Source of the DNA: Octopus vulgaris
Lineage: Eukaryota
Assembly: GCA_951406725.2 (NCBI GenBank)
Contig: OX597826.1
Coordinates: forward strand, 7,998,001 to 8,062,000
Direction: 5' to 3'
DNA length: 64,000 bases
Shown here: piece by piece, positions 13,431 through 26,359 of the stretch
Position numbering within the stretch: the stretch's first letter is position 1
Layout of the letters: every line of letters starts with the position of its first letter
Translations under genes and position numbers: made by a program
The notes under the pieces: model-generated
Databases searched by the model: none
What the model was told of the DNA's origin: nothing
The model's input: only the letters and a program-made list of their open reading frames with translations

Positions 13431-13762
13431 TCAATTGACAAAAATGTAATATCGTATTTAAGATGTACAGCATATTTAATTTCATTTATAAGATTCCAAT
13501 AAAAAGGATTTTGCTTGACATGTCCGAGAATCAGTTTTCAAATCTTAAGAACCCATAAGACTCGTATATATCTCTCTGCTTTGTGAAGTGATAAACGATT
13601 GAGAAATAAAGGTTCCCCTGAAAATTGTACTTTATTTTGCTGAAAGAACTGTCTTTTAACGAGATAAACCAATTAAAACTGCATTAAAACTAAAGAATTA
13701 TTCGTCAAATCAACTCTGTTTAGTGAATTCAGCAATAAAGATTGCATTATTTATAAATTTGT

Positions 13763-13975
13763 AAGCGGTGAGCTAACAGAATCGGTAGCGCGCAGAGCAA
13801 AATGTTTAGCTGCTTTCCTTCCGGCTTTTTACGTTTTAAATTCAAATGCTGCCGAGGTCATCTTTGCATTTCATCCATTTGGGATAAAGTAAGTAGCGTT
13901 CAAGTACTTGTGTCGATGCACTCGACTCCGCCTTTCCCTCAAAATTGCTGGCCGTTTTGCCAAAATTGGAAAGCA
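13763..13975 (+). mobile_element. SINE family B, diverged copy
   Basis: AAGCGGTGAGCTAACAGAATCG...TTCAAATGCTGCCGAGGTC...TTTCATCC. Confidence 0.65.
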
Positions 13976-14349
13976 TTATGTAGAAACTAAAGACGGTTCT
14001 TGAAAGTCATCGGAATTAACAGTCAGCTGAAGTGATAGGAATGAATGAACGACATTTTGGCATATTCACTAGCTTCTTAATAAATCAGGATCTGCTTTCT
14101 CTTTGTACAACCGGTAATTATAACTGCATTATACGTGCGTGCGCGTGCGCGTGCACATGTATCTACACGTGTGTGTGTATGTGTGTACGACAAAGAAACC
14201 ACTTATTTGAATCATCTCAGGTCAGTGACATTCACTGATGTAACAGGCTAGGCTGATGACATTAAGCAGAGTATATGACAATATCCTGAGCGGTTGGACC
14301 ATAGTTTGAACAACAATAACCATCTGAAAACAGTGTCCAGAAATATTGA

Positions 14350-14752
14350 TTTTAAATTTTGGTACAAGGCCAGCAATTTGGGGGAAAAGGGAAATCGATT
14401 GCATGGATCCCAGTGATTAACTAGTAATTATTTTATCGACCCCGAAAGGATAAAAGGAAAAGTCGGCCGCGGCGGAATTTAAACTCAGACAGTAAAGACG
14501 AACGAAATGGCGCTGAGCATTCTGTCTGGCGTGCTAACGATTCTGTCAGTTCGCCGCCGTACAGTATCCCTAAATATTCTTTTCTACTCTAGGCATAAGG
14601 CCCCTGTACGCAACCGGTACTTAATTTATCGACCTCGAAAGGATGAAAGGCGAAGTCGACCTCGGCGGAATTTGAACTCAGAACGTAAAGACAGACGAAA
14701 TACTACTAAGCATTTCGCTCGGCGTGCTAACGTTTCTGTCAGCTTGCCGCCT
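14350..14752 (-). mobile_element. Two adjacent SINE family B copies; the second (14579-14752) has a 19-bp TSD
   Basis: TACAGTATCCCTAAATATT at 14560-14578 and 14753-14771. Confidence 0.85.
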
Positions 14753-14851
14753 TACAGTATCCCTAAATATTAGAATCATCTTCCACAGTGTATATATAAC
14801 ACATCCATACATGCATCCACGTACACACATACACACATACAAACACACACA

Positions 14852-15066
14852 CAGAAACGTTAGCGCGCCGGGCGAAATGCTTAGCGGTAGTTCGTCTGAC
14901 GTTACGTTCTGGGTTCAAATTCCACCGAGGTCGACTTTGCCTTTCATCCTTTCGGTGTCGATAAATAAAGTACCAATTTCGCACCGGGGTCGATGTAATC
15001 GACTTAATCCCTTTGTCTGTCCTTGTTTTTCCCCTCTATGTTTAGCCCCTTGTGGATAGTAAAGAA

Positions 15067-15070
<4 letters not shown>
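14852..15070 (+). mobile_element. SINE family B with the Tx1-like tail
   Basis: GGGTTCAAATTCC B box; centre GCCTTTCATCCTTTCGGTGTCGATAAATAAAGTACC resembles the Meta-SINE domain; ends AGCCCCTTGTGGATAGTAAAGAAAT. Confidence 0.85.
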
Positions 15071-15097
<27 letters not shown>

Positions 15098-15929
15098 TAC
15101 ACATATGTATTCCAATCCGCTAATGCACCTTATATAAATGATATTAATGATGCAAGATCCTGTTATGTCGCACGTTCGGATGCCTCTACTACTCCACTCT
15201 TTTCTGACGTCTAGACTTCTTCTATATCTACGTATTGGACTAGTCTACTTCATCGTCTGGGGCGTCGACACAACAGATCCAAAGCTCAGCGGCGAATTAG
15301 CAGTATCGCTGGAGATTTTCACTATTGGTTCCAACTCCTGAGTTCAAATGCTGCAGTGATCAACTTTGTCTTTCATCCATTCGCGGTTCGATAGCTAAAG
15401 TACTAATGAAGGGCGGTGGATAAGTGGAACTGTAAGTTCAACTGGACGCCTTGTTATATTGTTCTTGTTTTCTGAATTCAAACCCCGCCGTGGTCTACAT
15501 CAGTCGTACAACCACCGAATGCATCTTGGGTACATTTAGTAGAGGTCATTCTGTAGCAAGAATTCGACCTAAATCTCCAGTCGGAAGATACATCCATCTC
15601 TCTTTTCCATCAGTCTTGCAGACTCTGCAATGGGTCATAGGCGAGACGTTCTCTCTGGAATAAATAATAAAATATATTAATACAACAATTAATGTCTTGC
15701 AAGAGACATATGACTAACATTGATAAACATATAAGTTTACATTTCAATACGTATTGACAAGGCGGCGAGCGGGAAAGATCATTACAGCGCCGGGCAAAAT
15801 GCTGAGCGGCATTCTGTCCCTCTTTACGATGTGAGTTCAAACGCTACCGAGATCGACTTTGCCTTTCACCCTTATCGCCTCCCTTAAACTTGCTGGCGTT
15901 GCGCAAAACTTTGAAACTGATATGTATTA

Positions 15930-16220
15930 CATTAGTTACATTATTTATATTTGACGGGTACGTGTCCTCATCTTGTTTGTTGTTAACACAACGTTTCGGC
16001 TGATATACCGTCCAGCCTTCATCAAGTGTCTTGGGGAAATTTCGAACCTGGGTTCTCATTCCTAAGGTATTTTTCGATGTTGTTATTATTATTATTGTTG
16101 TTATTATTATTATTATTACTATTATTCACGGTCCGGAATTGAACTCGGAATCTTGGGGTTAGTAGCCCGTGCTCTTAACCAATACGCCATATGCCCGTGG
16201 GCTTATGGTGTAGTGGCGTG
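15930..16220 (-). mobile_element. tRNA-headed SINE with (AAT)n spacer, hammerhead-containing tail and 5' fold-back
   Basis: A box TGGCGTATTGG, B box GAGTTCAATTCC; TSD TGATATGTATTA at 15918-15929 and 16221-16232; inverted copy of the head at 16199-16216. Confidence 0.8.
15985..16030 (-). ncRNA. Minimal type I hammerhead ribozyme-like motif
   Basis: GACAC-TTGATGA-A-GGCTG..CAGCC-GAAA-CG-TT-GTGTT; stems I and II pair; C3 is T in this copy. Confidence 0.65.
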
Positions 16221-16389
16221 TGATATGTATTAGGTTCACTAATGCGGGGAGCTGGCCAGGCGAAATGTTAGGCTGCAAGTCATCCGTTTATATGCTCAGA
16301 GTTCAAATTCCACTGTGGTCGACTTTAACTTTCATACTTTCGGGGTCAATAAAGCAAGTACCAGTTGTCAAAATTTGAAATCAATATAT

Positions 16390-16588
16390 TCTCTTTTACA
16401 CTTTTACTTGTTTCAGTCATTTAGTCGAGAAAATCGATCCCAGGACTTATTCTTTGTAAGCCTAGTACTTATTCTACCTGTCTTTTGCCGGACCGCTAAG
16501 TTATGGGGATGTAAACACACCAGCATTGGTTGACAAGCGGTGTTGGGGGGAAAAACACAGACGCACAAGCATATACACACGCATATAT

Positions 16589-16633
<45 letters not shown>

Positions 16634-16796
16634 CGACGGGTTTCTCTCAGTTTCCGTCTACCAAATCCACTCACAAGGCTTTGGTCGGCCCGAGGCTAGA
16701 GTTGAAGACACTTGCCCAAGGTGCCACGCAGTGGAACTGAACCCAGAACCATGTGGTTCGTAAGCAAGCTACCTAGCATACAGCCACTCCTACGCC
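16390..16796 (-). mobile_element. SINE family A, near full length
   Basis: Head GGCGTAGGAGTGGCTGTATGCTAGG..GGTTCAGTTCC, centre CCTTGGGCAAGTGTCTT, internal (TA)n, tail AAACAAGTAAAAG. Confidence 0.9.
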
Positions 16797-16950
16797 TACA
16801 TGTCAATTTTAATACGCCTTTAAATATTTTTCCTTCCGTTTCAATCATAACATCGGAAAGGAGTACACATTGCTGTTCAGTATTAATAAAATAAATACAA
16901 CACTGAAGTTTGGTCAAATCAATTATTCTCTCTGCCTCGAAATAGAAACT

Positions 16951-17172
16951 TACGGGAGAGATACTGAAAAGCTGCTGGCTTTAATGGTATTGCGAAAGGC
17001 CTGGTAGGATGCCCAAACTTCCGAGTTCTTTTACAAGGCTTTGAATAATTGAAGGATTTCTGCAGTAAGTGTGTGAATCTGAGAGGGGGATATGTTGAAT
17101 TAAATCATAATTAATTGATCCTCTTGTATTTTATTTTACCAAAATTAAGGAAGATTTCAGCATCCCACAGTA
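16951..17172 (+). mobile_element. Mariner-derived MITE
   Basis: Homologous to 30609-30824; TA-flanked, degenerate TIRs (CTGAAAAG / TTTCAGCA); interior resembles a transposase C-terminus (KCV..RGGYVE*). Confidence 0.6.
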
Positions 17173-17222
17173 CTTAGGAATTAGATATTTAAGTTTTAGA
17201 GGTAAGACAAAGTGACAATTGG

Positions 17223-17664
17223 GGATCTTTTCGGTTTGAACGGCAGTTTTTCTAGCGGTGTCATATGAAATTGTCACCCATAATTATGACCCTAGTATCG
17301 ATCTATTGCATTTCAATCTGTTTTAGGGTTAGTTAAGATTAGGGTCAGGGTTAGGGTTAGGGTTAGGGGTGGGGGAAGAGTATCTTTTTTCTTCACAAAT
17401 GTAAATAAACCCAATCTGTTTCTTAAACGAGGGACATATTCATACGGCACAGAATGCTTTTTAACTTAATAAACGTCACTTATTGGTTGAAATTGTAGAA
17501 ATTGAAGGAAAAAAACAACAAATATCTTATAAACTATAGAATTTTCTCAATAAAGCCAAGAGAACAAGATGTTTTATAAACACATTCTACCAGTATACGA
17601 AGTTTAAAATTTTTTAGTTACCTAGAAATTATGTTAAAAACTGCCGTTCAAACCCAAAAGATCC
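17223..17664. mobile_element. Non-autonomous DNA transposon, 28-bp TIRs, 8-bp TSD (Merlin-like), containing TTAGGG repeats
   Basis: GGATCTTTTCGGTTTGAACGGCAGTTTT ... AAAACTGCCGTTCAAACCCAAAAGATCC; flanks ACAATTGG/ACAATTAG; TTAGGG array at about 17324-17368. Confidence 0.88.
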
Positions 17665-18689
17665 ACAATTAGAAACGATTGCTTTAACTCTCTCACTTGA
17701 TGGAATCATCTATGCGTGGAAGCTCAAGGTGACAAGCATTTCACTGTTAATAACTTTATCAATCCGGTGATGGAATTTCGTCTCTATATTACAAGTTACC
17801 AACATACTAGTCGATCACAAAATGCTTTTTCGTTTTACTCCTGTGACATTCTTAGCTACTTATTTACATCTGAGTTCAACGAAAGTTGAGTTACGTATCT
17901 TTACTATAGAGACAGTAACGCCGGGCAAGAGATAAGAACTCTTCACAGTTTCGCTTCAGCCAGCTGCGACTCTCATACGACACATTAAACAGTTTTAAGT
18001 ACCTTACCTTCTACACATCTCATTGAAGTGATACCAAAATACATATTTCTAAGAAAGTTGGCGATAAAATTTTCACTATCAAAGAAATATAATGTAATTG
18101 ATTAAAATGTCTTCGGCACATAAATAGATAGATACTTCACATCTTTAACATGAAACATATGAAATAATTTCCATAATATTTCATAGCAGATAATTTGGGA
18201 TGTCAAGGATAAGAGATCTCTAATGAAATATAGAATATGGAAACATGTGTTAGGAGAGATATCTAATGTGTTACAGGGGGAAAGATTATCAACTATACAG
18301 TTTAGATCAAACAAACTGATAGTGGATATGAATGATGTAACCTTCCAATCCGATGGCTACTTTGGAAATTGGAATGGACTCTGAGAATTTTGAAGTATGA
18401 AAGCGTTTGCTGAAACTAATGAATATTTCCGAGATGAATGTTACATGATATTTTAGATGATATATGAAGAACGTGTAGTTAGCGTGTAGTTATTATATAA
18501 CATATTTAACTAAAGGAAATCGCTGAACGCCTGTTAACGATAAAACGATGCTTTTTAAGCAGTTTATTGTTACAAAAGCACTATATAATCAACACTACAC
18601 CGAAATATTTGTTTATCTATAAAATCGAAAAATAAATGCTAGGGTATCTATTTAGTAATTTCTTACAGAGGACAAAGATGTCAATTATA

Positions 18690-18787
18690 CAGGGTGGTGG
18701 AAAATGAATGGTATAAAAAAGAAATATATTGGGTAGAACTCTGACATGTACACTTTCTTTTTGTACCATTCATTTTGAATCGCCCTG
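18690..18787. mobile_element. Short Tc1/mariner-type MITE
   Basis: CAGGGTGGTGGAAAATGAATGGTATAAAAAAGAAA / TTTCTTTTTGTACCATTCATTTTGAATCGCCCTG, TA on both sides. Confidence 0.75.
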
Positions 18788-19162
18788 TATATATCGAAGG
18801 GAATATTATATAAGATACAATTCATATCATTCGTAAAAGCCATATCGGTTACACCAAGCGATTTAACAATGGTGCTTGGAACATTCTGAAGTAGATTCTT
18901 TAGCAGAATCTTTAATGTGTTTGCAACAAATACAAGAAACAGAATCGCAGTCAATGATCAAACTGCTACTAAAAGGGACTTTCATTCTCTGCTGTTTGAT
19001 TTTATTTTTCTACGGCTGTAGAGGCCTATGCGCATATTCTTATATACATGAATGTACGTCTATGCATATGTACACCTGTACATAACAAATATACGCATAT
19101 GTCTATAAGGGACATGCTATCATCTGCTTTATCCCTTACAACAAAATATTTCTGTAATACAT

Positions 19163-19234
<72 letters not shown>

Positions 19235-19237
19235 GTG

Positions 19238-19267
<30 letters not shown>

Positions 19268-19270
<3 letters not shown>

Positions 19271-19475
19271 TCAAATTTTGGCACAAGGCCAGAAATTTCG
19301 TCGGGTAGGGGCAAGTCGATAACATCGACCCAATGCTCAACTGGTAGTTATTTTATCGCCACCCCCCAAAGGGATGAAAAGCAAGGTTGACCTCGGCGGA
19401 ATTTGAACTCAGAACTGAAAGACGGACGAAATGCCTCTAAGCATTTTGACCGGGACTGAACGATTCTGACTGGTC

Positions 19476-19480
<5 letters not shown>
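19268..19480 (-). mobile_element. SINE family B
   Basis: GGCACAAGGCC...GACCTCGGCGGAATTTGAACTCAGAAC. Confidence 0.8.
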
Positions 19481-19548
<68 letters not shown>

Positions 19549-19550
<2 letters not shown>

Positions 19551-19873
19551 TGTGCCTGGGGAGAGTCATTTTCTTTATGTGCCTTATTATGTAACACACT
19601 CACCGGTAAAATTTCCACGTTTTTCTTATTTTTATTTTCCTAAACTTTTCGTTGCATCTTGCAACATTTTCAATAGTTTTGACTCTTGAAAAGGTTGCAA
19701 GACACAACGGAAATTTTAGGACAATAAAAATACAAAAAAACGTGGAAATTTTACCGGTGAGTGTGTTACATAATAAGGCACAAAAAGAAAATGACTCTCC
19801 CCAGGCACAATAGAATTTGCTTCAACACGCTAATTCATATAAAGAATCTTGCAAACCAAATCCAAAAACGAAA
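19549..19873. mobile_element. Fold-back element family E (about 260-bp palindrome plus about 62-bp unique arm) in (TA)n
   Basis: Palindrome 19549-19811; reverse-orientation homolog at 46412-46698 including the unique arm. Confidence 0.85.
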
Positions 19874-19880
19874 TATATAC

Positions 19881-19939
<59 letters not shown>

Positions 19940-20183
19940 CTAATAATAATAATAAGTGGTCCTATTACTATAACAACTTTTTACTGTTTGTTCTAAATTA
20001 TACCACACACACACACATATATATTGAAGTGTGTGTTAGTAATGTGTGTGGGGGTGGGGGTGTGACTATGTATATGCCTATATATATACATACGTACATA
20101 CTTATACCCATAACAACGTTTGGTCACAACCCAATTCGCTAATTTAAAGGACGTCTTAGATATTTAACAAACGCTGCACGGTA

Positions 20184-20278
<95 letters not shown>

Positions 20279-20499
20279 ATATAAACATAATGTCTTTATA
20301 TATAATATATTGATAGAGAGAAATAGAAAGATCGACCGAACAAGTTTCGATCCTGTGTTGGGATCTCTTTAAATATTTTACCGACTCCCGATAGGTTGAA
20401 AGGCCAATTTTACCTCGGCGAAATTTGAACTCAGAATGTAAAAGAACTTTAAGAAAGCCTGCTAAGTAGTTTATCAACACTGTCAGTTCATTGCCTCAG

Positions 20500-20531
<32 letters not shown>

Positions 20532-20534
20532 ATC

Positions 20535-20582
<48 letters not shown>

Positions 20583-20842
20583 GTGATTTCAAATGCTCAG
20601 CTGGTGTTTATTTTTATCAACCCCGAAAGGCGGAAAAGCCAAGTCAACATCGGCAGAAATTGAACTCAAAACGTAGAGATTCGTAAGAAACCGTTTTTCG
20701 ATTATAATTTACCTTTATGGACCCATGGTTTTTGTAACACATTGGCATCGAATAACATCAACTTCAAATTTGACTTTCCTTATACTGGAGATGAAACAAT
20801 AACAAATAGAGAGGAACTGCGTTCGATCTCAACCAAATCTAT

Positions 20843-21545
20843 CGCCCAATTAAATTTGAAATTCTGTTCGTACGCACTATTTACTTTGAAGTCCTGTTCG
20901 TACACCCAATTAAATTTGAAGTTATTTTCGTATGCCTTATTAAATTTGAAGTTCTTCTCGTACACCCTACGCCCTATTAAATTTGAAGCCCTTTTCGTAC
21001 GCCGTGTTAAATTTGAAGTCCTTTATGTTCACCCAACTAAATTTAAGGTTCTGTTCGTACGCCCAATTAAATTGGAAGTTCTGTTCGTACGCCCAATTCA
21101 ATTTGAAGTGCTGTTCGTATACCCAATTCAATTCGAAGTTATTTTCCTACGCCCTATTAAATTTAAGGTTCTGTTCGTACGCCCTATTAAATTTGAAGTT
21201 CTGTTTGTACGCCCTATTAAATTTGAAGTTCTTCTCGTACGCCCTATTAAACTTGAAGTTCTCTTACGCCCTTATTAAATTTCAAGTCCTTTTCGTACGC
21301 CCTATTAAATTTATAGTTCTGTTCGTACGCCCTATTAAATTTCAAGTTATTTTCGTACGCCCTATTAAATTTATAGTTCTGTTCGTACGCCCTATTAAAT
21401 TTCAAGTTATTTTCGTACGCCCTATTAAATTTGAAGTCCATTTCGTACGTCCAATTAAATTTAAACTCCTTTTCGTACGCCCTATTAAATTTGAGGTTCT
21501 TTTCGTACGACGCCCTGTTAAATCTGACGTTCTGTTCGTACGCTA
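20843..21545. repeat. 30-bp minisatellite, roughly 23 units (TCGTACGCCCTATTAAATTTGAAGTTCTGT)
   Basis: Directly visible tandem units. Confidence 0.95.
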
Positions 21546-22507
21546 CTAATCAGTACTGGCTTACAACCATCCTTATATTTAATCATTAAACCTAACAGGC
21601 ACGTTTGGTCGATACAGTAATATATCAGGTGAGAACTGGTATCAGTTTAATCCACAGTTTCTTCTATATAGAACGTGAACGAATCTGTAACCTTTGACCT
21701 TTCTAACACAGCCGTATTACAATGGCAGAGAAATTGCTTTCATAAGATTCGAAAATATTGCAATAGAAAACCACTCGACCTAAACCATTCCCATATCATA
21801 ATAAGCGATTGATAAAAATATTATTGTTGTTGTTAATATCGTTGTTTATTTTTTTTTACGTACTTTCTTCTTAACGTTATTTTTCAATTCATAAATTCTT
21901 CGTAACAATATTATGATTATTGTATTTTACATTCTTCTCTTTATCAATTTGGTTTTATGTAGCAGACACTACAATTTTGTATGCATGTATGTATGCATGT
22001 ATGTATGTATGTATGTATGTATGTATGTATGTATGTATGTATGTATGTATGTATGTATGCATGTATGTATGTATGCATGTATATATGTGTACGTATATAT
22101 ATATATATATAATTATAGGTACATACATCTGTATGTAAGTACGTAAGCATGTATGCATGTAGGCTTGTGTGCATATATCTGTGTTTGCTGGCGTACATAT
22201 GTGGGTATATATATATATATATGCATGTATATACATATATATATATGTATATATATTTAAATATATGTATATGTATGTATGCATGTATGTATGTATATAT
22301 ATACATATATATATATATGTATAAAAATTTAAATGCATACGTATGTATATAATTATGTGTATATATGTGTGTATATATCCATATATACCTATATATATAT
22401 GTATGCATGTATGTATGTATATATATACATATATATAAATTTAAATGCATACGTATGTATATAATTATGTGTATATATGTGTGTATGTACGTTTGTGTGT
22501 GTATATC

Positions 22508-22641
<134 letters not shown>

Positions 22642-23249
22642 AATAATTTCTTAGCATTTCTTGACACTTTCTCTTCCTTCCATTCTTTCCTGCATTGTTT
22701 CTGTTTTAATCTTTTAATTTTTCTTTCTTCCTTTTATACTCTTAAGTATTTCTTCCTTTATCTATTTCTTTTACAATCTATTTTATTTTTTCCCCTTTTC
22801 CCTTACACCCAACAACATACACCACCAGACACACCGCTATTCCAGCCTCACCGCCATTGCTACCCCCACCATCCGACAAAATTCTTTCAGATCGTAATAA
22901 TATCAGTATTTACAGAAGGCACCAATTTCACGCATTATTAAATTAAAGAAACAGAAGACGATCGGAGAAGCTCATCTCATTGCTTTTGTTTGGTTTCACG
23001 TTCAGAAAACAAACATAAGAAAAGAATATAACATAATACCAAAGACAAGTAATATTAACACATACGAAAACGCGCGGCGATCACTCACACACACATTGTA
23101 ACACGCATGGAAATGAAAAAAAAAGAAACATATACACGAAATATGAACGACAGATGATTCTCGTTGTTAGCAGCTTTGAATTTATTGGTTGCCACCATTT
23201 TGCAACGATTAAAACATGACAGTACTATGTATGTATACATACAGCCATT

Positions 23250-23386
<137 letters not shown>

Positions 23387-23578
23387 ATAAGTCAAAAACA
23401 TTTGTGTGTAATGTTTAGATTGCTAATTCAGTGAAAGACAGCATCATACATAAGCAACACACACACAAACGCAAACACAGATACACGTGCACAGATATAT
23501 ACGTATGTAATTATTTATATATTTAATTTTATGTATATAGGGATGTTGCTTGCCTATGAGGGGTGTGTATTATGTATG

Positions 23579-24572
23579 TCATTGTTCAGTTTTAGTTCAA
23601 GATTTCTTGCCAATAGAGAAAGAGCCCGTTTCCAACCTACATCCAAGGGTTCCTCATTGAAATTTCAACATCAACCACCGGGTATTTTTCTTTGTTTGTT
23701 AGCATGTATGTATATTTTGTTTTCTCGATGTGTTCTCATGCGTATAGTTGCATATCTAGACTTGCTCATATATATTTAAATGATAAACGTCTGGAAAGGT
23801 TTACAGATATTTTACAGTTCCACTAATGGATTGGATCTGTAGTCTTCGAATTAGCTTTCTCCTTTCTGGTGTTGAGAATCCTAATTTCTCAAGATTGGTA
23901 TTTAGGTAGAGTGTTACATATGCTAGGGCCCCAATAATTACAGGTATAAACCTGAACTTGTAATCTGGATAGAGTAACTGCAGATTTCTCAATAGATATT
24001 CTCTTTTTCACCGATCTTCAGCTTTATAACAATATATGCTGTGCAGCTAATTCCTACATCTGTACAGTTTCGCTTCTATCCTGAATCATTATATCAGGTC
24101 TGTTGTGCTTACATTTTATTGAGGTCTTCACTAGAACATTCCACCAGTACTCCTATTTATTATGAGTTGTTATGACTTCTGCCATACTGTGGTCTTACAT
24201 TTCTTTGCCTTCTGGAGTTATCCTTCCGATGGATTTCATTATAGAGTGTCCTAGCTATAATATCATGTCTAATCGGTATATAATACTGTGATGACATTTC
24301 TGGACAACTGCTTATGATGTGGGTGATATCTTCGGTGTTAACTACACAAAGTCTGCATCGGTTGTCACATTTTACTGCTTTTCCTGTATCTCTATCCCTT
24401 TTGTGCATCAGGTATTTGGCTGATATTTCTTGTTCCTGAATTGCAAACACATAGTCTTCAAAATGGGAGGTACTAATCCGGCTTTGGGCCATGATAGACT
24501 GTTTTGATGATCAATGTTACTATCATCTCTGAGCTTTCTACAAACATATCCATGCATAGCCTTCTGCTCATA
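23579..24572 (-). mobile_element. 3' fragment of an R4/Dong-like RLE non-LTR retrotransposon (pseudogenised)
   Basis: QKAMHG, AIQEQE, CRLC..EDITHIISSC (CCHC), RHD, WWN..KHNRPDI, PVIIGAL motifs across broken frames; 3' UTR; TATGTATG on both sides. Confidence 0.85.
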
Positions 24573-24784
24573 TATGTATGTATGACAGGAGAAAGGCAGA
24601 GTTAGAAAGCAGCAGGTTTGTAGGCCAAAAGGTAGAGCGGTTTACGGAGAGTGTCCTGTATCGTATGGCCCTGGATATCCGACCTCACAGCCGCAAAACT
24701 AATGAAGATCGACTGAAAGAAGGTGAAGGAGAAATGTGTTGAAAGCCAATGGACTGTGAAAGAGAGGTAGAAGAGAATAATGAC

Positions 24785-25235
<451 letters not shown>

Positions 25236-26359
25236 AGACAACAACATGAATCACACCAATAACATAAACAACGGCTGCAAAAACTTCGACGATGAAGACA
25301 GCAGAAACGACAAGAATTCGTTTAAAAAACAAAACAAAACAAAACGAAACGAAAAGAGTGGAACTCGAGAAAGAAGCGGAAACAATTTCACATAGAACCA
25401 TGTGAAAGGGCCAAGGATTTTTTTTTTTTAAAACATACACAAAAAAAAAAAACAGGAAAAAAAAATCAGAAAAGTGAGGGGGAGGGGAAAAGTGAACAGA
25501 TTAAAATAAAAAAATGAATAAATGTTAATGACATAAATAAAAACAACAGAAAGTGAAGAAAAACAAACAAAAAATAATATCAACGACAAAATCGAAAACA
25601 ATGGCGTGATGGAAAAAATCATAAATGGTCAATTGATTTTATATTCCTTTTATTTTTTCTCTCTCTCTTCATTACTTTGGCATAATGGTTTCGTAGAATC
25701 TATTGGAGCTTACAGAGAATCTGCTGTTAATTGTTTTGTCTTTGGATGCGTTATTCCCAAATTGATTTCCCATAGCAAAATAATGCTAAAAGAAATTTAA
25801 AACTTCATTTATTTTCATGTCAAATATTTCGGACTTTTATTGTCTTTAAGATGTTCTTTAGCTTCCTTTACTAATTAATTTGGTAGTCTTTATTTTCATT
25901 TTTTTGTTTTTAATTTGTGCTACTGCTTTCTTTTTTTATTTTATTTTATTTTACTTTATTTCTACATTACGAATTTGTTTCCTGAAACAGTTTCCGAGAG
26001 ATACAGTATTTCGTACAAATTAGTAACAACCGTTTTCTATTCGTATGTACTTCATCTATCTGTGCATATGCAATTTGGCACACAATGAAGATAAATCTAT
26101 AACGAACTAATGAGACTAATACCGAGACAAACTAACTTTCAACCTATGCCTGCAATTAGTGGAAGTCTTCATTATATCCTTTGTCTTTTACTTGTTTCAG
26201 TCATCAAAATGTGGCCATGCTGGGGCACCTCCGTGTAGACTTTTCAATCGAATGAACCGATCCATATACATACATATATATATGTATGTATACATACATA
26301 TATTTATGGAAGGATATATATATATCCTTTTTAGTATGTGACCTCGTGAAGACTACCTG

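Noticed and set aside
16130-16198. tRNA gene candidates here and at other SINE heads
   Set aside because: A/B boxes are attached to SINE bodies and the cloverleaf is incomplete
17324-17368. True telomere or chromosome fusion site
   Set aside because: Short degenerate TTAGGG inside a TIR element that recurs at 2337
20742-21549. Repeat-protein ORFs (VRPIKFEVLF) or a CRISPR-like array
   Set aside because: A 30-bp tandem repeat without unique spacers or cas genes; ORFs arise because the unit length is a multiple of three
23615-23675. Hammerhead-like arrangement in the R4-like 3' UTR
   Set aside because: Core reads TCAATGA and the stems are poorly positioned
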